Source: Orbicella franksi (taxonomy: Eukaryota). Taken from it: a stretch of 64,000 nt of DNA. Under the pieces are notes generated by a model. The model searched no databases, was not told the origin of the DNA, and was given only the letters and a program-made list of their open reading frames with translations. The DNA is taken from the NCBI GenBank assembly GCA_964199315.1, contig OZ116700.1:31806001-31870000 (forward strand), given 5' to 3'. The position numbers were made by a program, and so were the translations under genes. Of the stretch, positions 49,376 through 62,000 are shown in pieces (the stretch's first letter is position 1; each line of letters begins with the position of its first letter).

Positions 49376-50908
49376 ATGATTTTGGAAATCGCCCTAGTTT
49401 GCTCCTGTGTTATGCTCATCATATTCCTGATCCAACGTGCTCGTGGACAGAAAGCGTTATCTCTCGCACCTGGCCCCAGTCCTTACCCGCTGATCGGCAA
49501 CATGCTTCGTCTGGCGGGAAAACCTGGTCACCAGGCAATGACTGAGCTCGCTGAGGAGTATGGGAAAATCTTCACGCTCTACCTACCCGGCGGTCAGCGA
49601 TGTGTCGTAATTAATTCAATAGATCTGGCGCGGGAGGCGCTGCTCACCAAGCGAGACGATTTTTCAGGAAGGCCTTCAACCTTCATCAGCGGTTATCTGT
49701 CTCGCGGAGGCAAAGACATAATTTGCGCCGACTTCACGCAAACCATGATTCTTCTACGAAAGATCGCACACTCTGCACTGCGCATGTACGGAAGTGGCTT
49801 GCAGCACCTGGAGGGGCTGATCTGTAGCGAAGTTAGCCAATTAGCGAAACGAATCTCCGCGCACGAAGGCAAACCTCTTGACCCCAAGAACGACCTTCAA
49901 CTAACAGTTTTGAACGTCATCTGCGCTGTTGTTTATGGTGAAAGCTATGATATCGAAGACGAAGAATTTCAGCGCATAATCGAGTACAATGATGATTTTA
50001 TCAGGCTATTTGGAAGCTATCACATTTTAGACTTGCTTCCGTGGCTGCGATTTCTCCCCTTGGAAGACGTGAAAACTCTCCGCAAATCAAGAGCCATCAG
50101 AGATGACATCCTGGGTACTAAATACCGGGAGCACAAGAAGAGATTCGAAGAGGATAACGCGAACAATAACTTCGAGATGGAGGATTTGACCGATGCGCTG
50201 TTGAAGGCTTACCACGAAGCCAAGGAAGAAGATGGAAAAGTCGAGCAGCTGTTGACTGAAGATCACATTGTGATGACTATGAACGATGTTTTTAATGCTG
50301 GCCTCGAGACAACGGCCACCACCCTGCGATGGCTTTTTGCCTACATGGCCCACTACCCAGAGGTCCAAGCGCGCCTTCATGCTGAGCTGGATGATGTCAT
50401 CGGCTGTGGCCGCATGCCGTGCTTGAAAGATCGCGGGAACTTGCCATATTTGGAGTCCACCATTGCCGAGGTCCTCCGCATTGCAGCCACCGTGCCTCTG
50501 TCGCTTCCTCATAAAGCAACTTGCGACACGACACTTGGAGGCTATGATGTGCCAAAGGACACCATGCTGATTACAAACGTGTGGGCTATGCATCACGACA
50601 AAGACGAATGGGAGAAGCCAGAAGTGTTTAACCCCGAGAGGTTCTTGGACAAAGAAGGGAAGTTTGGCAGCTCAGAAAGAAAAGTTTCTGCCGCTGGAGT
50701 TCGTAGCTATCTGCCTTTCAGCGCTGGAAGGCGTGGTTGCCTGGGCGAGTCGCTGGCTAAGACCGAGATGTTTTTAATCGTTTCCAGGTTCCTACATCAA
50801 TTCAAAATTGAAAATCCTCCTGATAAACCGCTTCCTGATCTGACAGGCCGTGTGGGCGTTGTTTTAATGCCTGGACCCTTCGAAGTTTGCATCAAAGAGA
50901 GATTTTAA
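49376..50908 (+). CDS. Cytochrome P450, clan 2 (CYP17/CYP1-like), 510 aa, uninterrupted CDS; paralogue B
   Basis: N-terminal anchor, APGP hinge, canonical I-helix NAGLETT, EVLR, PERF, heme motif PFSAGRRGCLG. Colinear with paralogue A. Confidence 0.95.
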   Translation: MILEIALVCSCVMLIIFLIQRARGQKALSLAPGPSPYPLIGNMLRLAGKPGHQAMTELAEEYGKIFTLYLPGGQRCVVINSIDLAREALLTKRDDFSGRPSTFISGYLSRGGKDIICADFTQTMILLRKIAHSALRMYGSGLQHLEGLICSEVSQLAKRISAHEGKPLDPKNDLQLTVLNVICAVVYGESYDIEDEEFQRIIEYNDDFIRLFGSYHILDLLPWLRFLPLEDVKTLRKSRAIRDDILGTKYREHKKRFEEDNANNNFEMEDLTDALLKAYHEAKEEDGKVEQLLTEDHIVMTMNDVFNAGLETTATTLRWLFAYMAHYPEVQARLHAELDDVIGCGRMPCLKDRGNLPYLESTIAEVLRIAATVPLSLPHKATCDTTLGGYDVPKDTMLITNVWAMHHDKDEWEKPEVFNPERFLDKEGKFGSSERKVSAAGVRSYLPFSAGRRGCLGESLAKTEMFLIVSRFLHQFKIENPPDKPLPDLTGRVGVVLMPGPFEVCIKERF

Positions 50909-53011
50909 ACAAGGAACATAAACAATGTAGATAGCTTTTTTCGAGAACTGATTTTCTTTTTATCAGGACAGAGAATAATATACTGAATAAATTGAATCCT
51001 AACCCATATCCTGGAAACTAACTGAAGGAACTGATCATAACAAGGGACAATATATTAGTATTTAACAGATTTCAACAGTAACTCGATAAGAAAAATAAAT
51101 TCGAGAAACCCACCCTCTGAATTAAAATGGAATAGTTCGCCACTGATACCTCAAATATTGATCGTTTTTCGTTTCAAATGAAGTACGTAGTCCTAGGTCA
51201 AAAAGGAATTGAACTTAGATGAAATCGATCCTCCATGAGGAGCAAGACGTAGTTCACATTTTGGGAATCATAGCTCCGTTTTAAATTCATTTTTTCTGTA
51301 AATCTTTTAATTGAAACGCAAAGCTTAGGTTGAAACAAATTTAAAAACATTTGAGCGGATCTGTTAAAATTAAATGCATTGTATATACGCTATCAAACAC
51401 TTGTATATCTCCAATCAAAAGGTCGCAGTAAAATCCCTGACATTTTGAAGCTTTTAGGGTACCGTGGAGTAGACTCAAATGAATTCAGTTTATACGCTTA
51501 AAATACAGTTTATGAATATGTATTTTATATTTACAACTGTACAGTAACAGAAAACGCTGCTGAGATATACGAATGTTATTTAGTCATAATATTAGTTCAT
51601 AAAAGTAAACAAAAAAAACAAACAAACAAAACAGTTCCAATAGTTCATATCAATAAAAACTATTCTTGTGAAACTATCTACATTTTGCATATCTTGCTTT
51701 TTCAGGGCCTGTTTTCTAGTCTCCACTTCCAAATTTAATGCCGTTGCGCAGTCGTATGTTTTTATTCAAAATTTCACGTTTACTCAAAATCTTGGGTTTG
51801 TTAAAAGTTTAACTCCATCTAGTTTTGCGTGGCTTCCTTCACGGGCTGCAAAGTTTTACTTGAGACAAATGCGCATGCGTACTTTTCATTGTATTAATAA
51901 CGTCTCCCACAAGGATAATACCAGCATTTACAACTGTTATAAATATTGTTTACCCTCGCAAGTGGTACTGTCTTGTGATGACTGTCCTGGCGTGACTTCG
52001 CCGTCGCGTAAATCTCGTTACGTACGTGAGTTACAGGCTGTCTGAAGCATTTTGCTTTTGCGCTATAAAATACATTAGTTGCATATTATACATTAGTTGC
52101 ATATTATTTGGGAGGCCGAAACTCAAGATCAGTCGATCACATAGATCTCCTTTCCCCTTCGAGGCGGCAAAAATCAGAAGAGAGAACTTCCCTTTCATTG
52201 TTCGCCCGGGTTAGACCGGCAAAACGGCAAAGTACATATCGGAACGTTTTTGTCGCGTGCTCAGATCAACACATCGAATCCCTGCTTCGCGGAAAATAGA
52301 GCAACTATTTTGCCGTCAACGTCGCTTGAGTTGCTTGGATTAAATTTAATCAATTCATTGTTTTACACTTTGAAAGCCGATATAAAAAAAAGCGTTTGTA
52401 ATTTAAAAGTTGTCTGAACTTTTATAATGCTGACTAATTGGCTAAAATTGCAATTAAAAATAGTATGAATAAGACTTGCGCCAATCAGATTTTAATGAAC
52501 GATTTTAATACAATATGGAAGTTTTTTTTAGTTTAGTTACTTCGTTTTGAAGTCAGCTCCTGTCAGAAGTAATCAAATTTTCAGCCCAGTCCTGGCCGAG
52601 GTTCCGCATGAGAAACCTCTTTGTTCGGAACCATAGCAACAATTTTCCCGCCATTGTCTCTATCAGCACCACCGTTTGTTTTTCCAACAAAAGGACGCCA
52701 TGTTTCACGCAGCGCTGCCTTCATTGTTCTGTGCAATAATAGTCTTTTTAGGCCCTTGTGTAAGTCGTGGAAAGAAGGCATTTGCCTTGAATGGCGTAAT
52801 GAATCGAATTCACTTAGAAGGGGTACATTTTACAGCTGAGGTTTAGAGTTAATGCAACGAATCAGAACTTGGAAAATCGTTAGAATCATCTTGTAACACG
52901 GGGTGAACGAGCTTTGTTCGGTTTCAGGAATGCGCTATACCGTATCTGTTTTCCTTCCTCGTGGGTCAGTGGATGTGACCGACAAATATAAGTCCTAGGA
53001 ACTGTATTTCA

Positions 53012-56000
53012 ATGGAAAACAGCTGCCCTGGCTACCTAAAGGAACGGGAAAGAAGGTTCAAGTCAAAGGTAAAATGAAGTCTAATAATTCTAAGGTTATG
53101 CAAGCTCATGTCAGAGAGAGGATCGATCGGAAGTTCTTGTCTACAAGTGGGATCTTGAAAATGTCGCACACATTGTAATTGCGGTTTAATCCCATAAATC
53201 TTTAATATTTTTTACTGCTGTCCAAGGCTATCTAAATGGCTTTGAATTGTTCATAAACTTCCATGTTACAGGCAAATTGATATAAAAATCACGGACAATC
53301 CACTCGGATTTCAGGAACTTTTTGCGCTCAATTTAAGCTTATATTATTAAACAATATTTTCAAAAGCTTACACTTTGATTGTCGTTATTTAATATTTATC
53401 GCTCGATTAAGGTAATTTTGTCTTCGTCTCCTATTTTTTTAGTTGATTTCTTTTTCCTGGACTGTTATTACACGAATCCGCCCCTTGCCAGCTTGTTTAC
53501 AACTAGTCTATTAAAATAATGTTGTGGCGTGGCGTTAAAATTTGTTCGATTATTATTTTCCTGGAAGGTAAACAAATGGAGGGTCCATCGTTGCCTAAAA
53601 TGTCTTGTATTAAAAGAAGCCTAAAACTTCCGGGAAAAAAATTTGGGGACGATACAGCACTTGTTTAGATTTCACGCTAAAGTAATTTAATGTTGTTAAG
53701 TTTTAAGTTTAAATGTCGATTCATCAAATGATAATTGATGTACATTTTAAACTACATTTAAAAAAGCCACCAGCATGGAACGTTTAAAACCTAGAGATTT
53801 AATGTACTTTTGATTATTACATTAGTTCTTTCTGCAAATTCTTAAAGAAAATTAAAGTTATAGAAAAAGTACTTTTAATTAGGATAGGGAGCTTTCTCAC
53901 TGGCAGCTCTGAACTGGCCTGAAATCTGGCTGCATAACTGTTTCTTTCTCAAATGACAGTTAACCTTCCATATGCATGCTGCTCTGAAATCACAAATTGA
54001 TAATACTAATGGTAATATAATTTTGTTGGTCATGGAAAAAATTATTGGGTAATGAACTGAAATATGGAGAAGAATATTCTTTTAACATAATTGTGATTTC
54101 TGGTACCTGTGGGGTGGAGGCTTATTGCTTACAGATTATTTTGCATTGGTGTAACAATTGCTGGTACTACCTGTTCATACACCTGAGAAGATGCTCTGGT
54201 AATTTGAGTAAATTTAAAGTGGTTTGCTTTAATTTAGCGTGAAGTCAAATAACTAGCCAGAAACGAGTTCCTGGTTGGTGGATTGTGGATTTTCCCCAGT
54301 AACTTTCTTGTTGCCTCTAAGCACTGTACCCAATCTCTTTCACTCTGGGATAATTATCATTCAATTCTCCCTGAGGAAATGGTGACCACATTTGATCTGA
54401 ATTGGTTTATTACTCACAGATCAGCTTTAAAGAGAAATTCTGGTCTTTGATTATTACTAATCTTCTTCACACGCAATTTTCATTCGCTCTTTTTCCATTC
54501 GATTTTGACCAAAGTGTACAATGTTTATTTAATTAAGTTAATTGAAATGAGGAATTTTTTTCCCTCTGCTCAGTTTGTATTGTGTATTTCCAAAAAATAT
54601 CCATACCTTACCCACAGAAGGGATTTTTTCTAAGATCCCCACCCCTCTGGAAATTCCAGTCAATCTTCATACATTTCTTTAAATTTTTTGGTCTTAGAAT
54701 CTCCCACCCCCAGGAAAATCCCTTCTGTGGGGGGAGTATGGATATTTTCAGGAACTGCACATTGTTCGACCATATACATGTAATGTACAATGTATTGGGG
54801 TGTTTTTTAATTATCATTGTCAAATTTATGTACATCTACATGCAGCATATTTTAAATTCATTTGGTGATTTTTTTTAAGATTTATTTTTAGTCATCTAAT
54901 ATTCTACACTGTACCATCCAATTCATGATAAGTAGTTTAGTAAACTGGTGCTTAATCTTCAATACTGTTTGCTTGAAAAGGTAATGTGTAATCAAGCTAG
55001 AACATTGCTTTGTATTGATTGGTGATTCAGGAATTTTTTTTAAAACAAACAATGTTAATTTATACAAAACCATCTATCAACAGCAAAAAAATTTTCAATG
55101 AGTACCCTACATTGAGAAAATTGCCCTAAATGAGATTGCTATTACAGTTTGCTTTTACAGGAAGAAAAACATTTCTGGATTATCTAGTTATTGTGATTGT
55201 GAGATTAAGCGATATTTTATTTTAGTCGGGACAGGTTTTGCTTTTATCAGATGTAAGACGTGACAATTTTCTGTTCTTTCCATCTTTGATGTGACAGGTT
55301 TTCACAAAGCTGTCAAAGCAGTTAATGGAGAATCAATATCAAGCTTTTTGTTCTTGATAATTTGGCTTGCAAATGACTTTTAGAACACTACAATCAATGG
55401 CTGCTTCTACCCTGGTTTCAGTATGAAGAAGATAACATTTACTCACAATCTTGCCGTCACTTCTTAACATGATATATCACTGTAAATGTCTGTACATTAG
55501 ACAGGACTTTCGTGCTTTGCTGTGATTTATTATTGGTTGGGCTGATTGGTGAGTTGGCTCTTTGTTCTGTGTACTGTAATGAACCAGAAAATAATCTATT
55601 AGCATCTGGCAATTTGTTCTTGTTTAGCTTGGTTTGTAAACTAAGAAACTTGTGCAATATCATCATTTCCATTATAGTGTGCCCTGTTGATCAAAAATAA
55701 CATCAAGTCCGGCTCTTTTCAAATTATGTCAGAACAAAGCTTTTACATTATGTTCTATGTTCAGACACTAGTAATGCGTTAAAGTTCTGATTCAGTTGTG
55801 CCATTAGAGCTTCCGTAATTTGAACCAATTGACTTAAGACAATGCTTGTAATATTTATGAATACAATTTAGATACCATTTTCACTATGACACTGTAGTAC
55901 AGGTTTGAAAGAAAGTTTCCTTTAAAGAGTGCAGATATTGTACACATGTACAGATAAATGGATAATTGACATAAAAGTATGAAACTTCTTAACTCTGCCA

Positions 56001-59000
56001 GATGTCAGCTCATATTGTACATGTATCTGCTTGACATCATGTATTCTAGCTGACTGGTAATGTGATCAACAGTTTTCAGTGGACATGTAGCTGTAATAGT
56101 GAAGTCCATTGTCGATTGTTATGAAGTGGTTTTGCCGTTTAAGCATTTAGATATATTTCCATGTGTATTGTAACTCAATACAAGAAATGATTCACAGATT
56201 TGATACAACTTTTTTGACAGTAATTGTTTTCTTGAATCTTATTATTTGAGTTACGTAAGCTGTTGTTCTAATTATTAAATACATGCATCTTCAATCATCC
56301 TGTATTTCAAAAATTTTGTTTGTGAATTGTCAAGTTAACCCTACACTGGAATATACAATCATGTCGTTTCATTTTTTGTGCAATTAGATATATTTAAGTT
56401 AAATGCGTGTACCAGCTGTCATTTCATGAGCAAGTATGCTGTTTACACATATACACAGTATCCTGGTAACAAAATGTCAACACTGGATTTGTATGATTAA
56501 GACTCTTTTAATGCCCATGACGTTTACATGAAATATGCATGACCCTAAAGTTCTGTACTTCTAATACAATTGTTGTTAGTGATTGTTTTTTTTCAAAGTT
56601 TAATAGACCTGGCTGTAGCACTAACAGCAGAAAGCACAATATTGTTAGTTTGTATTGAGTACGAACAGCTGAATTATTAAATCATAAGTTAAATCAGTTG
56701 CTGCTAGGGTATAAAATTTCATTTGTGATCTTCAAACAATGCTTGCCTCTCTTCAATGGCTAGTTGTGTATGACCCACTGCTGGCCACTCCAGAGAAATT
56801 CAATTATAGTTCACTTTTACTAATCAAATATTCTTGTAATACATTGTATAACTCATACTCTAAGCAGTTATGATTGTAATTTATCATTTTGCAGAACTGC
56901 TTTGACTCTAAGCTGGATTTGTCAAGAAAGAAAGGTAGAATTAATAAAACTATAATAAGTGAATAAGTGAAATAATTATTATTTCAATGCACTACTGTGC
57001 AAAAAATGCCCTGAGCTAAGCAGGGCTTGAAAAAAATGCGGATTCCAGCTTGCCCTTTGAACAAGCAGCTCTCAAATTTCAGCTTGTCCTAGCGAGTTTA
57101 CTTCTTCTATTATTCAGTTGGCAGATGACTTACCTGGGCCCTTGCCCATTGCCCATTGGGCAACTGAGAATGTAAAATTACTTGCCCAGATGGAAAATCT
57201 ACTTGTCCCAGACAACTGGATGGTACTTTTTTCGAGCCCTGCTAAGACTACAGTGTATTTGAATCATAGCAATCTACATCATATATATTATGTATATGGA
57301 AACTACTTGTATACATGTACACATTAATCAAAACGTATTCTTACTAATAAAAGAATTGCTTTTTATATTTACAGTAGTCGGTGATCGTCAGCATGAACCT
57401 TGGTATCAAAGCTTAAGGCAAGATTTGCCAACAGGGAACCAGGCTTGCCTACAGCAAGGAAGCGTTGAGAGCTCAGATGATGAGTGGTCTGACCTCTCTT
57501 TTTACGATTTGCCAGATACCTTGAAGGTCAGTGAGATTTGATGTTTTGCTTTTAAGATGTTTTACATGTTTATACGTGTACATATATGTAACTGGAATTA
57601 AAAGGGTCAGTAGAATTATGATATTATATTTATTAATTAACTTTTATATAGTGCTTGTACGTGTACAATGCTGTCCAGAGCACTTCACTATCAAATCCTA
57701 GAAAATTCAGTCATCAGCGATTGTTTTCAGTTTAAAGTTTTAATGCAAAGAGTTAATTCATGATGGTCCAGTCTTTTGACAGGTATTTGATCCAGTTTAG
57801 ATAAAATTAATTATTACAAACTTTTGGACTTATTGGTAGACTGTCATTATGGTCAGTAAACATATATATTTTTTTCAGGATTCTATTCACAAATCAGTTC
57901 ACCCTGCAGAATTCACCATTCAGTCGCACATGGTATCCAGACCTCCTTATCATGCTACTGCAGAAGGTACAGTGTACAGTGTTAGTTAACCTTTACTGAA
58001 ATAAATAAGCAATAATAATTGTGCTTTTTTACTTCTTCTGGCTTGGATATTCAAACTATAAATCAAGTATTATTTTTACAGTGTATTACTTACAATAATT
58101 TTACCCTTACTCAGATCACATGTACCAATAAACCATCGATGAAATTATTGGTCAGTAAAATAATTTTGTCCATAAAGTGAAAAAAGAAAACCACCGACCA
58201 TTTTTGACAGTAGGTCATCTTCAAAAAACCTTCGGTATTTTTTTATTTTTTAAAAATAATTTGGTTATTTATTTACATGTCAGAGAAATGAAATGTGTTA
58301 ACACCAAATTTTGTGATGAACAAATATCTACAATGTACATTACACCATACATGTACTTTAATTACCATGTGACTGATTTATATTTTCACAGCTCACCGAG
58401 CTCACACATTCCTGGACAGTGAGGTATCTAATCCTTTCAGCTTAGTGATGGGAGACTCAAGCAATCCATCCTCAGGATGTCTTCCCTCAGGGACTGCACA
58501 TCTCAGTGGCAATCAAAGTACAGAGGGCAATGCAACTGGCAACAGTGCAACAGTTAATGAAGGAATGCAGGACGCGGTTGTGACTTCATCTAAACCGTTT
58601 GATGGTAGCTTGTACTACAGACAATCCAATGTGATGCTTAATGGTAAACCAAGGAGAGAGATTCCAGTTGACAATTGTCAGCACAATGGGCACTACGAGT
58701 CCAGTTACCCTCTTTCCACTAGATCTTCCACTCAAGTTCAAATTAAAGTCCCTCCTGTACTAGTCTCTTCTGAGGTATCCACACATAAGCCAGTTATAGC
58801 AAGAAGAAATGTCAATGGAGTAGTGCCAGGTAACAGAGAAAATGCCAGTCATTTGGAAAGACTCAAAAAGAGTCTTTCATCAAGTGGAAGCCACACAATT
58901 TCCAGTTCTCAGGAGGCATACGCCAATAAATTTATGCAAAGATCAAGGGAATTGTTACATAAAAAGGAAAGGCACAAAAATGATGCAGAAAGAAAGAAAG

Positions 59001-62000
59001 AACATTCTCCTAAGTCAGTTTCATTTGCAAATTCTGTAAAGGGCATTAACATGCCAAACGAAACAACTGTGCCAGGGAAAGAAGAAGGAAGAGGTTATTT
59101 GAATGGGTCTGTTACACCATGGAAGCCGAAGATACAGAGCAATGTGGTACTGAGTAGTGGCCTAGGGCAAAACCTGATTGGATGTGGATTACAAAACAGT
59201 GAGATTAAAAGAAGTTTTGATCTGAAACCACGGCAACAGTCAACAGTAGAGAGGGAAAGCCCCTTTGAAAAGAAAGACACCAAATATGGTGATGTGGGTG
59301 ATGTCCCTCTGCCACCCTCCCCTCCCACTAGAGATACTAATAGAATTCCAGATTGCTGTGATTCACAGCAGAGCTCTGGTTCTGTTCAAATCTTGTCGCT
59401 GTACGACGAACACAGCTTGTTTGCTTCAAATTTCTCCAGGAATTCTGGCTCACTGCCCAGACAATCAAATGTCAGATTGGAATATGATGGACGTGAAACT
59501 TTGCATTCTAGTAGAGCTGTGTCTCTAGCACCAAAGAGGGATCAATTTCTCCAACAGTCCAACAGTATAGTGGATGTGACTGCCAATTGTAGTTTGAGGT
59601 CGAGTGTACAAAGCAGAGATGCTAGTCTCACAATTGAAGAGTTACTGAGCAGTGGAAGTGTGTACTCAAGTCCAGAAAGTTCACCTCCAACCAAGGTGAC
59701 TCAACCTCTGTTTGACAGGAACAGCTATTGCAGCAAGAGAGAACACTCACTTGATGATTATGTTGACGAAAAAGGAAATGTACTGCAAGATATAAGGTAC
59801 AGTGCGTGTTTTGATAATTGCTATTTAATAAAAATAACTTTGCACAGTTCAAACTCGCTTATCTCGAACACTTGTCAAGTCACTTTACCTTGGCTATACT
59901 TTTTCATTAACTTATGATCTGCTATCTCGAGCCCCCTAACATGTGGAACTATTTGTCCTTCCCCTCAAGAGTTCTTGATAGCAGGGCTCAACTACTTCAT
60001 CAATCAGTGGCTAAGGTTTGCTTTTGTTCCTTTTTTTTCTACATGTAGCTTGACAAACTCATTTTCAGTTGATACATCACAAAGAATTTCCTCTGCACTT
60101 TGGGCCATGAAGCTTATGGAAGCCACGCGTTCATCTAGCCCAAACTCTTATCAAGAGCTGCTCATTAAGGTACGGTGTACGATAATCTCTAGTAAGTAAT
60201 TAGTTAATAAACAGTAGGTGTACTTGAGCTTCGTTGTTTGATTTGTGGAAAGGAATTTTTAGATCTCATGTAATTTTTTTGCATATGTTTCTTTAGGGTC
60301 GCATGTTTCGACGCTGGTACCAGAAAACAAGGCTAAAGAGACTCATTAAACAGGAGGATGAGGTCAAGTTGCAGAGGTATCTTAGTTTGTTGCTTCTGTA
60401 ATTTTCTGTCAATCTCTTCAGATAATAAGTCATTAACGCCCAAGTTGCTAGTGGAGGGAAGGTGCCTACGAAGCCCGGGGGCTGCAACCGCAGTCACATC
60501 CCCAAGGCGCTAGAACACCCGACTGGCCTGCCCAACCCGCAACCAAGCCACGAGCCCCCCACGCCAAGCCCCCTACAGGCACCCGTCACACTCAAACCAG
60601 ATGGCATTGGTGGAAAATAAATGAATAAATAAATAAATAAGTAAATAAATAAATAAATAAATAAAATAAAATGCTGAAAAGAAAGGGGGGGATAGGGAGG
60701 GAACGCCGAGAACCGCTAAACTATAATTCAATCCACAACGCCACACTAACAGAGCGATGAACACACTGCGAGCACATGGGACGACAACACATGTACTAAC
60801 CAAGTATACCGCTGGACAATGTCAGCCCCAGGGCTCTCACGACCATATGACTGTTGCAAACGCTACAGAAACGCACCAAACGCTAAACAAACGCTAACAG
60901 ATGGCCAAGGCACTAACAAACGCCTACAAAAAACGCTACTGACCAGACTGGCTCCTGGTCATAAACTATGTAAAATTTCATTGAAACTATATCAAACGCT
61001 ACAAAACGCACCAAACGCTAACCAAACGCTCACAGACGGCCAAGACACTGACAACCTCCTATAAAAACGCTACTGACCAGACTAGCTCCTAGTCGTTAAC
61101 TATGTTAAATTCCATTTAACTATATTATAATGTGTATGAAATACATTTCATTAGACAACTACTAAACAGCGCAACTCTGTTGGTCTAAATTTGTTTTGGT
61201 GCAAGGTTTAACAAACTAATTTGAAATGTGTTTGCCCTCGTTTTGAGAGGTACAAGGCTCATGGTTAGTGAGCTCGTCTCTGGATCAAGTGGTTCAGGTT
61301 CGAACCCTGGCCGGGGACATTGTGTAGTGTTCTTGGGCAAGACACTTTACTCTCACAGTGCCTCTTTCCACCCAGGTGTATAAATGGGTACATGTACATG
61401 TACTGGCAAACTTCATGCTGGGGATTAAGCCTGTGATGGACCACATGCAGCTTCCCACCCAGTGGGGAGTAGATTAAATACTCCTAGTCACTGCATGCTA
61501 TGGAAACTGGGATACTGTAGGCTCTGGCATGATGGGCCCCTTGGGTTGTATGCAGACCTGACTTTTTTTTGTTTCACACCAGAATTAATCATGATTCAAC
61601 TTTTGAAATAGTTCCAAACCAAAACCAAATTTAAGCTGTGAGGGAAAAAAACAACGAGGAAAATTAATTTTGTCTTTTTGTCTCTTTTGTACAGTGCTGT
61701 GACTTTCTGGCAAACAGAGATGCAACAAAAATGCTTTGAAGCTTGGAGAAATGCAAGATATGCCCAACAAGAAAAGGCTGACAAGCTACGGAGGAAGCAA
61801 ATGTTGCAGAAAGGGATAAGTGCATTACGATTTGCTGTCAATCAGCACAAACAGTCAGCTGTTGAGGTACAGACCAGGACGAGTGCAAGGATCATGGCAA
61901 AGTACTGGCTGAAGGTATGAAAAGAAAAAAAAACTCTCAAAGGATCGCTCCTCGTTCCACCCCTAATCTCCTAGACAGGGAAAAATGTGTAAAACATCAT

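Noticed and set aside
52581-52839. Small gene in the CpG-rich patch upstream of the Sfi1-like gene
   Set aside because: Short ORFs on both strands with no motif or convincing splice partner; more likely promoter or 5' UTR sequence.
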